A program made the position numbers and the translations under genes. Of a stretch of DNA of 64,000 nt, positions 11,220 through 19,949 are shown in pieces. The notes beneath the pieces were generated by a model that saw only the letters and a list, made by a program, of their open reading frames with translations, had not been told where the DNA came from and did no database searches. Location of the stretch: NCBI GenBank assembly GCA_963782815.1, contig CAWALG010000016.1, positions 11,372-75,371 of the forward strand. Direction: 5' to 3'. The stretch's first letter is position 1; each line of letters opens with the position of its first letter. This DNA comes from an uncultured Acidobacteriota bacterium (lineage in GTDB: Bacteria > Acidobacteriota > Thermoanaerobaculia > UBA5066 > Gp7-AA6).

Positions 11220-12839
11220 CTACAGCCCCAGGTATGCCTGACGGATCCGCGGGTCCTCCAGCAGCCGCGGCGCCGTGTCGGCCTGGATGATTCTCCCCGT
11301 CTCGAGCACGTAGCCCCTGTGCGCGTGCTCGAGCGCGACCTGGACGTCCTGCTCGACGAGAAGCACGGTCGTGCCCTTGCGGTTGATCTCCGAGATCAGC
11401 TCGAGCAGCGTGTCCACGACGAGCGGGGCGAGGCCGAGCGAGAGCTCGTCGATCAAGAGCAGGGTCGGCCGGCTCATCAGGCCGCGGCCGATCGCGCACA
11501 TCTGCTGCTCGCCGCCGGAGAGGCGCCCGGCGAGCTGGCTCGCCCGCTCCTTCAAACGCGGCAGCAGGCCGTACACCCATTCGAGGTCTTCCTCGATCCG
11601 GACCCGGTCGCGCCGCAGGTACGTTCCCTGAAGGAGGTTCTCCCGGACCGTCAGCCCGGCGAAGAGGCGCCGGCCCTGGGGAACATGAACGACGCCGGCC
11701 TCCACGACCTCCTCGGGACGCGCGCGCGTCAGGTCCCGGCCCGCGAACCGGATGGAGCCCGACCGCGGCTTGATCAACTGGGAGAGCGTGTACAGGAGCG
11801 TCGTCTTCCCCGCGCCGTTGGCGCCGATCAGGGCGACGATCTCTCCCTGCTTCACCTCGATCGAAACGTCCCAGAGGATCTGGACCTGCCCGTACCCCGA
11901 GGACAGGTCCCTGACCTCGAGAAGCGTTTCCCCCGGCAGCGGCAGGCCGGGCTTCCAGGCCTCCTCCTCCTCGATGGGAACTTTCCGGAAGACTCCTTCG
12001 AGGGTCATCCGCTCCGGCCGGCCCGCCGTCCTCGCCCGCTTCGCGAAGCGCTCGCCCAGGTACGCCTCGATGACCTCCGGGCTCTCGACGATCTCCTCGG
12101 GCCTGCCCTCCGCGATCTTTCGGCCGTAGTGGAGCACGACCAGCCGGTCGGAGATCCCCATGATCGCCTTCATGACGTGCTCGATGACGAAGAGCGTGAC
12201 GCCGTCGCGGTTGATCTGCCGCAAGAGCTCCATCGCGCTCTCGGTCTCCGTCGGGTTCAGGCCGGCCATCACCTCGTCCAGGAAGAGAAGCTCCGGGTCC
12301 ATGGCGAGGGCCTTGGCCAGCTCCAGGCGCTTCAAGTCCGGGATCGTCAGGTCCGAGGCGGTGTGGTCGATGCGGTGCTGGAGGCCGACCCTCGTTAAGA
12401 CCTCCTCGGCCCGCTCGCGCGCCTCCGCCGCCGTGCGCTCCTTTCCGCGCGCCCCGAACATCGCGCCGATCGCGACGTTGTCCCGGACGGTGAGCTGCTT
12501 CAGCGGCTTGACCACCTGGAACGTGCGGGCGATCCCGAGCCGCCCGATGGCGTAGCTCGGCAGCTTCGTGATGTCCTCGCCGCGAAAGAGGATCGACCCC
12601 GAGGTCGGCTTGTCGAGCCCCGTGATGCAGTTGACGAACGTCGTCTTGCCGGCGCCGTTGGGCCCGATGACGCCGAGGACCTCGCCCTTGTGGATCGTCA
12701 GGTCCACGTCCGCGACCGCCGCGAGGCCCCCGAAGCGCTTCGTGATCGAGCGCGCGTAGAGGAGCGGGGGACCGGAACCGTGAGGCGTTAGGCGTGAGGC
12801 GTCAGGCGAAGCAACCGTTTTTCCTCCGGAGTCCTGCAT
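11220..12839 (-). CDS. Fused LivG-LivF double ABC ATPase
   Basis: Single 539-aa ORF with two Walker A motifs (GPNGAGKTT, GANGAGKTT) and two Walker B motifs. Confidence 0.85.
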   Translation of the reverse strand: MQDSGGKTVASPDASRLTPHGSGPPLLYARSITKRFGGLAAVADVDLTIHKGEVLGVIGPNGAGKTTFVNCITGLDKPTSGSILFRGEDITKLPSYAIGRLGIARTFQVVKPLKQLTVRDNVAIGAMFGARGKERTAAEARERAEEVLTRVGLQHRIDHTASDLTIPDLKRLELAKALAMDPELLFLDEVMAGLNPTETESAMELLRQINRDGVTLFVIEHVMKAIMGISDRLVVLHYGRKIAEGRPEEIVESPEVIEAYLGERFAKRARTAGRPERMTLEGVFRKVPIEEEEAWKPGLPLPGETLLEVRDLSSGYGQVQILWDVSIEVKQGEIVALIGANGAGKTTLLYTLSQLIKPRSGSIRFAGRDLTRARPEEVVEAGVVHVPQGRRLFAGLTVRENLLQGTYLRRDRVRIEEDLEWVYGLLPRLKERASQLAGRLSGGEQQMCAIGRGLMSRPTLLLIDELSLGLAPLVVDTLLELISEINRKGTTVLLVEQDVQVALEHAHRGYVLETGRIIQADTAPRLLEDPRIRQAYLGL

Positions 12840-12876
12840 TCGTGCCTCGCCTTACGCCTTACGCCTTACGCCTGAC
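12780..12876. repeat. Inverted pair of heptamer arrays (GGCGTNA)n / (TTACGCC)n
   Basis: gtgaggcgttaggcgtgaggcgtcaggcg ... cgccttacgccttacgccttacgcctgacg. Confidence 0.85.
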
Positions 12877-13872
12877 GGCTTCGGTCAATCCAAGCGGCTC
12901 GCGCGCACGTTGGCGAGCAGGACGTCGGAGCCGAAACGGCCCGCCGCGCGCCACCACGGCGAGCCTGCGGAAGAGCTCCATCAGGCCGCGGGGAAGAAAG
13001 ACGATGAAGAAGACGATGATCGCGCCGAGCACCGTCGGGTGGAGCTCCAGGAAGTGGCTCCAGACGTAGGTCGAAAGGAGCTGGTAGACGGCCGCGCCGA
13101 GGAGCGGCCCCCACACCGTGCCCGTCCCCCCCATGATGCAGGCGATGATCATCTGGAGCGTGTACTCGATCTTGAAGAAGTCGTTGGGAGCGACGTGGAT
13201 GTTCTGGTAGGCGATGATGCCGCCGGCGCAGGACGCGAAGACCGCCGAAAGGGCGAAGGCCGCCACCTTGAACATCGTCGTGTTGATCCCGAGCATCCGC
13301 GCGGCGTCCTGGTCCTCCCGGATCGCGACCCAGCCGTAGCCGAGCTTGGAGCGCGCGAGCCGGGCGGTGACCGCGATCCCCGCCACGACGAACCCCAGGG
13401 CCGTGTAGTAGAAGAAGGCGCTGTCGCTCCTCACCGGCAGGTCGATGCCGGTCGCGCCCTCCGTGACGCGGTCCCAGGCGCCGGCGATCTCCCGGAAGGA
13501 CTCGGCCACCCCGAGCGTCGCGATCGCGAAGTAGTGCCCCTTCAGGCGGAGCACCGGGATTCCGACGAGCGTCGCGACGAGCGCCGAGAGCAGCGCCCCC
13601 GCGAGAAGCGCCGGGAAGAAGGAGAGATGCCACTTCGACAGCATCAGGAGGCCCGTCGTGTAGGCGCCGATCCCGAAGAACGCGACGTTGCCGAAGGCGG
13701 CGTAGCCCGTGTATCCCCCGATGAAGTTCCACCCCTGCGCCATCAGCGCCAGGCACAGCACCGTCGTGTAGGTCAGCAGCTTGTACGAGGAGACAAAGCG
13801 CGGCAGGAGGAGAAGCCCGGCCAGCACGACAGCGAAGAGGAGCAGTCGGACCGCTTTCATGTTCCGCCGCAC
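12859..13872 (-). CDS. livM: LIV-family ABC permease (LivM-like)
   Basis: WNFIGGYTGYAAFG, RLKGHYFAIATLG, AIREDQDAA. Confidence 0.88.
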   Translation of the reverse strand: MRRNMKAVRLLLFAVVLAGLLLLPRFVSSYKLLTYTTVLCLALMAQGWNFIGGYTGYAAFGNVAFFGIGAYTTGLLMLSKWHLSFFPALLAGALLSALVATLVGIPVLRLKGHYFAIATLGVAESFREIAGAWDRVTEGATGIDLPVRSDSAFFYYTALGFVVAGIAVTARLARSKLGYGWVAIREDQDAARMLGINTTMFKVAAFALSAVFASCAGGIIAYQNIHVAPNDFFKIEYTLQMIIACIMGGTGTVWGPLLGAAVYQLLSTYVWSHFLELHPTVLGAIIVFFIVFLPRGLMELFRRLAVVARGGPFRLRRPARQRAREPLGLTEAVRRKA

Positions 13873-13873
13873 G

Positions 13874-14743
13874 CTAGCTGAACGACTTCCCGGCGATTCC
13901 CTGCGGACGGACGACGAGCAGCAGCACCAGGATCCCGAACGTGACCGCCTGGGAGAACGCCGGCAGCCGCGAGCCCACGAAGACCTCGATCACGGAATAG
14001 ATCGCCGCGCCGATCAGGACGTTGGCCACGTTGCCGAGCCCCCCGAGCACGCAGATGACGAAGGCCCGCTCGGTGTAACCGCCGCCGAGGTTCGGATCGA
14101 ACGGGACGACCATCGAGAGGAGCGACCCGGCCGCGCCCGCGAGCGCCGCGCCGATCCCGAACGTCAGCGCGTAGATCGTCGTCACCCTGACGCCCGTCAG
14201 CCTCGCCGCGTCGATGTCCATGCCGGTTCCCCGGATCGCGCGGCCGAGCCGGCTGCGAGTCAGGAAGGCCGCGAGCAGCAGCACGAGGACGATCGAGACG
14301 CCGAGCGCCCCCAGCCGGATGTACGGGACGCGGACCGGGCCGAGGGTGAAGCCCGTTCCGCTGTACGGCGTCATGACCGACCGCGTGTCCGCCTTGAAGA
14401 AGTAGTTCATGAGATTGACGATCAGGATCTCCAGGCCGAACGTCAGGAGAAACGTCGCCAGGAGCGGCGCGCGGATGACCTGGTTGATGAGAGACCGCTG
14501 GATCAGGTACCCCAGGCCGAAGAGCGCGATCATGGAGACGGGGATCGAGAGAAACGGATCCACCTTCCAGAACTCGTGCATCCCGAAGGTGAGATAGGCG
14601 CCGATCACGATGAAGGCGCCGTGAGACAGGTTGACGATATTCATGATGCCCCAGACGAGCGAGAACCCCAGGGCGACCAGCGCCAGGATCCCGGAGAGGA
14701 GCAGCGCGTTGACCGCGATCTGGCCGAGTTCGGCGCCGCTCAT
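13874..14743 (-). CDS. livH: LIV-family ABC permease (LivH-like)
   Basis: ALGFSLVWGIMNIVNLSHG, GRAIRG, VLGGLG. Confidence 0.88.
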   Translation of the reverse strand: MSGAELGQIAVNALLLSGILALVALGFSLVWGIMNIVNLSHGAFIVIGAYLTFGMHEFWKVDPFLSIPVSMIALFGLGYLIQRSLINQVIRAPLLATFLLTFGLEILIVNLMNYFFKADTRSVMTPYSGTGFTLGPVRVPYIRLGALGVSIVLVLLLAAFLTRSRLGRAIRGTGMDIDAARLTGVRVTTIYALTFGIGAALAGAAGSLLSMVVPFDPNLGGGYTERAFVICVLGGLGNVANVLIGAAIYSVIEVFVGSRLPAFSQAVTFGILVLLLVVRPQGIAGKSFS

Positions 14744-14747
14744 GAGT

Positions 14748-14841
14748 CAGGTGGTAGGTGGTAGGTGTTAGGTGGTAGGGACCGGGGGCCCGAAAAACAT
14801 CGTTCCACCCCTACCACCTTCCACCTACCACCTACCACCTA
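14748..14841. repeat. Inverted pair of heptamer arrays (GGTGGTA)n / (TACCACC)n
   Basis: caggtggtaggtggtaggtgttaggtggtaggg ... ctaccaccttccacctaccacctaccaccta. Confidence 0.9.
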
Positions 14842-16053
14842 TCTCTTGTCCCAGGGGGGCATCGGATAGAGGGCCGCCTTCTCGGCCACGTCCCATGGCC
14901 AGACCGTGTACTTGTTGCCGTCGGGCTGGTACTGCTCGGCCGCCATCGACTTGTAGATGTTGACGCCGCGGGAATCGAACTTGATCTTGCCGTAGAAGGT
15001 CATCATGTCGAGGGCGGCGAGCGCGTCGCGCACCTTCGTGGGCTCGATGGAGCCCGCCTTCTCGATCGCTTTCTGGTAGGCGATCACGGCGACGGCCGAC
15101 TCGGCGACCTGGTACGGGACGATCTTGTATTCCGAGTGCTTCGCGCGGAAGGCGGCGCCGAACGCCTTGGGCGTCTTCCAGGCGTCCTCCCCGTCGTACT
15201 GCAACGCCTCGGTCCACTGCGTGGCGCCGAAGATGTAGTCGGCGGCCTTGCCGAGATTCGCGCGGAACTCCGGCGACGACGGCCCGACGGAGAACCCCAT
15301 CGCCCTCGGGTTGACGTTCAGATCCCTGGCCTGCTTGACGATGAGCAGGGAATCCTGCAGGTGCCCGGAGCCCAGGATGATGTGCGGGTTCTTCCCCTTG
15401 ATGGCGGTCAGCAGAGCGCTCACGTCCTGAGCGTTGGTCGGATAGAGCTCGAAGTAGACGACGTCCAGCCCTTTTTCCCTGGCGTAATCCGCCGCCCCGC
15501 CCGCGACCTCTTTCGAAAACGCCTCGTTCTCTCCCAGGATCGCGACCGTCCTGGCCGACGGGTCCTTCTTGATGATCGTTTCGAGGACGCCGCGCAGGTA
15601 GTTCTTTGCGGGCGAGAGAATCATGAACGTGTACTTGTAGCCCTTCGAGAAGATGGCCTCGGCCGAGCCGTTGGCCTCGACCATCGGGATCTTGTACCTC
15701 TCGCAGAGAGGCGCCGCGGTGCCCGTGGGGGACGAGCCGTACGGCCCGAGAATCAGGTTGACCTTGTCTTCGTTGATGAGCTTCTCGATCAACTGCGCCG
15801 TGCGCTCCGGCTTGGTCTCGTCGTCGTAGTACTTGAGCTCGACCTTGTACGTCTTGCCGCCGACCTTGATGCCCCCCATCTCGTTGATCTTGTCGATGGC
15901 GAACTGGTAGCCGTCCCTCGTGTACTCCCCTTCCTTGGCCGTCTTGCCGGTGATCGAGATGGCGGCGCCGAACACGATCGTGTCGGCCGCCAGGGCGGGC
16001 ATCGCGCCGAGCGGGAGAGCCAGCGCAAGCGCCGCGAGCAGCGTCTTTCTCAT
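14839..16053 (-). CDS. LIV-family periplasmic substrate-binding protein
   Basis: AAGGAGG RBS, signal peptide MRKTLLAALALALPLGAMPALA, FGAAISITG; paralogous to 8623-9855. Confidence 0.9.
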   Translation of the reverse strand: MRKTLLAALALALPLGAMPALAADTIVFGAAISITGKTAKEGEYTRDGYQFAIDKINEMGGIKVGGKTYKVELKYYDDETKPERTAQLIEKLINEDKVNLILGPYGSSPTGTAAPLCERYKIPMVEANGSAEAIFSKGYKYTFMILSPAKNYLRGVLETIIKKDPSARTVAILGENEAFSKEVAGGAADYAREKGLDVVYFELYPTNAQDVSALLTAIKGKNPHIILGSGHLQDSLLIVKQARDLNVNPRAMGFSVGPSSPEFRANLGKAADYIFGATQWTEALQYDGEDAWKTPKAFGAAFRAKHSEYKIVPYQVAESAVAVIAYQKAIEKAGSIEPTKVRDALAALDMMTFYGKIKFDSRGVNIYKSMAAEQYQPDGNKYTVWPWDVAEKAALYPMPPWDKR

Positions 16054-16143
16054 CGAAAGCCTCCTTTCCGCAAACGAATCGTCGTTGGGCCGGAACTATA
16101 TTCCCAGTGGCGGCGGTAAGGACAGAACGGACGGAGGTCGGCG

Positions 16144-16590
16144 ATGAACGGTGTTCCTGCGATGGCGCGTCTTGTCGGAGTGTGGAGCCTGGAGGCGATC
16201 CGCGACCGTCTCCCCGACGGCCGCGTGGAGGATCATCCCGACTTCGGCGCGAGCCCGACAGGCCTGATCGTCTACACGGAGTCCGGACACGTCTCGGTCC
16301 AGTTCATGCGAAGCGGGCGTCCACGGTGGCGAAACGAGGACGAACCCGCGGACGCCGAGCGGGCAGAAGCCGCCCGCGGTTACGGCGCCTACGCCGGCCG
16401 CTACGAAGTCGACGAAGCGGCCGGCGTCGTGCATCATCACGTGGAGACGGCGCTCATCCCCAACCGGATCGGCGTCACACTGACCCGGTTCTTCTCCTTC
16501 GAGAGCAACCGGCTGATGCTTTCCCCGCCGCGCTTCCTGCGTGACGGCGTCGAGATCCACCGGACGCTCGTCTGGAGGCGGCTCGCCTAG
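16144..16590 (+). CDS. Lipocalin-like domain protein
   Basis: LVGVWSL, GLIVYTESGHVSVQ, AYAGRYEV and C-terminal LVWRR match the lipocalin_5 pattern. Confidence 0.8.
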   Translation: MNGVPAMARLVGVWSLEAIRDRLPDGRVEDHPDFGASPTGLIVYTESGHVSVQFMRSGRPRWRNEDEPADAERAEAARGYGAYAGRYEVDEAAGVVHHHVETALIPNRIGVTLTRFFSFESNRLMLSPPRFLRDGVEIHRTLVWRRLA

Positions 16591-16604
16591 GTTCTCCTCG
16601 TCCC

Positions 16605-16697
16605 TGTCATCCTGAGCGCAGCGAAGGATCTGCCCTCGTGGCAATCAGCCGACCCGACCAGAGCAGATTCTTCGTCGCTACGCTCCTCAGAATGACA
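16605..16697. repeat. MITE/REP-like composite inverted repeat (TGTCATCCTGAGCG...GAAGGATCTG family)
   Basis: Two related arms in inverted orientation; same element reversed at 39708-39789, single arm at 36072-36099. Confidence 0.88.
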
Positions 16698-16738
16698 GCG
16701 GGATTTGCTTCGGCCCTCAGTTTGACAGGGGAGCATAT

Positions 16739-17707
16739 CTACGGAATCAGCAGGACCTTGCCGGCGGTCTGCCGGCCTTCCAGCATCCGATGGGCCTCGG
16801 CGGCCTGCTCGAGCGGCATCTCGCGGAAGATCGAGAGCTTCAACTTTCCGTCGCGGATCCAGCCGAGGACCTGTCCGGACCGCTCGAGCAGCTCCTCGCG
16901 AAGCGCGACGTAGTGGAAGACGGTCGGGCGCGTCAGGTAGATCGAGCCCTTCTGGTTCAGGACCTGCGGATCGAGCGGGCCGACCGGGCCGCTCGACTGG
17001 CCGAAGAGGACCATCATGCCGCGCCGCGCGAGACAATTGAGCCCCTTCTCGAAAGTCGTCTTGCCGACGGAGTCGTAGACGACCTGGACTCCCTTGCCGC
17101 CGGTGATGCGCTTGACCTCCGCCTCGAAGTCCTGCGCCTCGTAGTCGATCACCTCGTCGGCGCCGGCCTTCGCGGCGATGGCCGTCTTCTCCGGGCCGCC
17201 GGCCGTCGCGATCACGAAGGCGCCGCGGATCTTCGCGACCTGGCAGAGCAACTGTCCCGCGCCGCCGGCTCCCGCATGGACGAGGCACGTGTCGCCGGCT
17301 TTCAGCGGGTACGTCGAGCATGCCAGGTACTGCGCCGTCATCCCCTGGAGCATCGCCGCGGCGGCCTGCTTGAAGCCGACTCCCTCCGGGATCGGAACGA
17401 GCTTCTCCACCGGCGCCGCCGCGTATTCGGCATAGGACCCCGCCAGGTTGACGGAGGCGACGCGGTCCCCGACGCGCACGCCGGTGACATCCGGTCCGAC
17501 GGCCGCGACGGTCCCCGCTCCCTCCTGCCCCAGCGTCAGCGGAAACGAGGCCTTGTAGGCGCCGGTGCGGAAATAGACGTCGATGTAGTTCAACCCGGCG
17601 GCCTCGATCTTGACGACCGCCTCTCCGGCCTTCGGCTCGGGCCGGGCAACGTCTTCGTATCGGAGAACCTCGGGGCCGCCGGGCGCGTGGGCGCGAATTG
17701 CTTTCAT
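16739..17707 (-). CDS. qor: NADPH:quinone oxidoreductase (zeta-crystallin/MDR family)
   Basis: GGPEVL, GLNYIDVYFRTG, LVHAGAGGAG, VVYDSVGKTT, GKVLLIP. Confidence 0.92.
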   Translation of the reverse strand: MKAIRAHAPGGPEVLRYEDVARPEPKAGEAVVKIEAAGLNYIDVYFRTGAYKASFPLTLGQEGAGTVAAVGPDVTGVRVGDRVASVNLAGSYAEYAAAPVEKLVPIPEGVGFKQAAAAMLQGMTAQYLACSTYPLKAGDTCLVHAGAGGAGQLLCQVAKIRGAFVIATAGGPEKTAIAAKAGADEVIDYEAQDFEAEVKRITGGKGVQVVYDSVGKTTFEKGLNCLARRGMMVLFGQSSGPVGPLDPQVLNQKGSIYLTRPTVFHYVALREELLERSGQVLGWIRDGKLKLSIFREMPLEQAAEAHRMLEGRQTAGKVLLIP

Positions 17708-17801
17708 GACCGCGCCGGGAAACCGAAAACGGGAAACGGAAAATGACTCAGGCACATGATGAGATCATTTCACGCCTCATGCCGAGTCGGTCAAGCTTCC
17801 C

Positions 17802-18971
17802 ATGAGACGACGCGCCATCGCGCTGCTCGCCACGGCGCATCTCTTCGATGACGTCAACCAGGGCGTCATCCCGGCGCTCCTCCCCTTCTTCATCGCCGAG
17901 CGCCATTTCACGATCGCGGCGGCCGCCGGACTGGTCTTCGCCTCGAACATCGCCTCCTCCGTTCTCCAGCCGCTCTTCGGTCTTCTCGCGGACCGGCGCA
18001 GCCTCCCCTGGCTCGTGCCCGTGGGGCTGCTCCTCGCGGGCACGGGCGTGGCGCTGGCGGGACTCGCGCCCTCCTACGCGCTCGTGCTCGCCGCCGCCGC
18101 GGTGACCGGGATCGGAGTCGCCGCCTTCCACCCGGAGGCCGCCCGGCAGATCTACTCCCTCTCCGGCGAGCGGCGCGCCACGGCGATGAGCTTCTTCGCC
18201 GTCGGCGGCAATCTCGGCTTCGCCCTCGGCCCCGCTCTCGCGACGCCTCTCCAGATCGCCTTCGGTCTGCGCGGAACGGTCCTGCTCGTCCTGCCCGCCC
18301 TCGCGATGTCTCTCGTCCTCCTGCGCGTGGGAGCCCGCGCCCCGACGGGGACCGCGCCTGCATCGGAGCACCGGCGGAAGTCCGCCCCGGACCGGTGGGC
18401 CGCGTTCGCCCGGCTCTCCGCGCCCGTCCTCTGCCGCGCGATCGTCTTCTACGGGTTGAACACCTTCATCCCTCTCTACTGGATTCACGTCTTCGGCTCC
18501 TCGAAAGCCGCCGGCGGCGCCGCGCTGACGCTGATGCTCGGCTCCGGAGTCGCCGGCACGCTGGCGGGAGGGTGGCTGGCCGACCGCTTCGGGCGGCGGG
18601 TGGTGGTGCTCGTCTCTCTGGTTGCCCTCTGTCCGTTGATGGCGGCGTTCGTCGGCACGGCGAGCCGGGCAACGGCGCTGGCGCTGCTCGTTCCGATCGG
18701 CCTGGCGCTCTACGCGCCCTTCTCGGTCATGACGGTGATGGGCCAGGAATACCTGCCCGGGCGCGTCGGCACAGCCTCGGGCCTCACGATCGGCCTCGCC
18801 GTGACGCTCGGAGGCCTGGCGGCACCCCTCCTCGGCCGCTTCGCCGACCTCCACGGCGTGAAAGCGGCCGTCTCTCTGCTCGTCCTGATCCCTCTCGCCG
18901 GCGCCGCCGCGACCCTGACCCTGCCGCGCGAGCTGCCCGGGCCGGCCGAGCCTGACGGTAGGATGGCCTGA
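17802..18971 (+). CDS. MFS transporter, fosmidomycin-resistance (Fsr) family
   Basis: HLFDDVNQG, QPLFGLLADR, AFHPEA, FAVGGNLGFALGP. Confidence 0.87.
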   Translation: MRRRAIALLATAHLFDDVNQGVIPALLPFFIAERHFTIAAAAGLVFASNIASSVLQPLFGLLADRRSLPWLVPVGLLLAGTGVALAGLAPSYALVLAAAAVTGIGVAAFHPEAARQIYSLSGERRATAMSFFAVGGNLGFALGPALATPLQIAFGLRGTVLLVLPALAMSLVLLRVGARAPTGTAPASEHRRKSAPDRWAAFARLSAPVLCRAIVFYGLNTFIPLYWIHVFGSSKAAGGAALTLMLGSGVAGTLAGGWLADRFGRRVVVLVSLVALCPLMAAFVGTASRATALALLVPIGLALYAPFSVMTVMGQEYLPGRVGTASGLTIGLAVTLGGLAAPLLGRFADLHGVKAAVSLLVLIPLAGAAATLTLPRELPGPAEPDGRMA

Positions 18972-19825
18972 TGGATCCGGTCGAGCGCGTGCGCGTCCGG
19001 TCGCGCGAAGAGGGCGCCGACATCGAGCGCGAAGACACGCTGGCCGTGGAAGAGCCGCTGGAGATCCGGATCGCATCGGAAGAGGGAGGGCCGGTCTCCT
19101 CCTTCGTCACCACGATGCGCACGCCGGGAAACGACGAGGAGCTCGCCGCCGGATTGCTCTTCGCGGAAGGGGTGCTGGAGGACCGATCGGATCTTCGGAG
19201 CATCGCGAGGCCGGCGGACCCGCGAATCGACCCGGAGCTGAAGGCGAACGTCCTCGTCGTGACGCTCGGGCCGGCGGCATTCGAGCGCGCGGCGAAACTG
19301 AGCCGCGGGACCGTGATGGGCTCCGCCTGCGGGGTCTGCGGCAAGACCTCCATCGAGAACGTGATCCCATCCGATCGCCCGCCCCTGACCTGCCCCTTCA
19401 CGGTGACGGCGGAGCTCCTCCACGAGCTTCCGCTACGCCTGCGCGAGCGGCAGTCCCTGTTCGCCAGGACGGGCGGGCTCCACGCCGCGGGCCTCTTTTC
19501 CGCCGGGGGCGCGCTCCAGGAGATCCGCGAGGACATCGGGCGGCACAACGCGACCGACAAGCTGGTGGGAGCCTTTCTGCTTCGGGGCGAGCTCCCCCTC
19601 TCCGACCGGATCCTCGTCGTCTCCGGCCGGGCCGGCTTCGAGATCGTCCAGAAGGCGTTCGCCGCGGGCATTCCGATCGTGGCCTCCGTCTCCGCTCCCT
19701 CGAGTCTCGCGGTCGCCCTGGCGGAGACGGGCGGCGTCACGCTCGTCGGTTTTCTTCGCGAACGGCGATTCAACGTCTACGCGAACGCGGAGCGCATCGC
19801 GGGGAGCGCGCGGTCGAAGGGCTGA
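18971..19825 (+). CDS. fdhD: Formate dehydrogenase accessory sulfurtransferase
   Basis: AVEEPLEIR, TMRTPG, SACGVCG, TGGLHAA, EDIGRHNA, SAPSSLA. Confidence 0.95.
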   Translation: MDPVERVRVRSREEGADIEREDTLAVEEPLEIRIASEEGGPVSSFVTTMRTPGNDEELAAGLLFAEGVLEDRSDLRSIARPADPRIDPELKANVLVVTLGPAAFERAAKLSRGTVMGSACGVCGKTSIENVIPSDRPPLTCPFTVTAELLHELPLRLRERQSLFARTGGLHAAGLFSAGGALQEIREDIGRHNATDKLVGAFLLRGELPLSDRILVVSGRAGFEIVQKAFAAGIPIVASVSAPSSLAVALAETGGVTLVGFLRERRFNVYANAERIAGSARSKG

Positions 19826-19873
19826 TCAAACTTCGGACAATCCCTCGATTTCTCAAGTCCCGGTTAACTCCGC

Positions 19874-19902
19874 TTGACAAGAAAGGCGCGAAGTCTTGGA
19901 AT
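19874..19902 (+). promoter_or_regulatory. Sigma70-like promoter of the fdn operon
   Basis: TTGACA-N17-TGGAAT; AAGGAGG RBS before ATG 19950. Confidence 0.55.
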
Positions 19903-19949
19903 ACGTCCCAAGTATTGAGACGCCCCTGGCGCCCGCGAAGGAGGACCTG

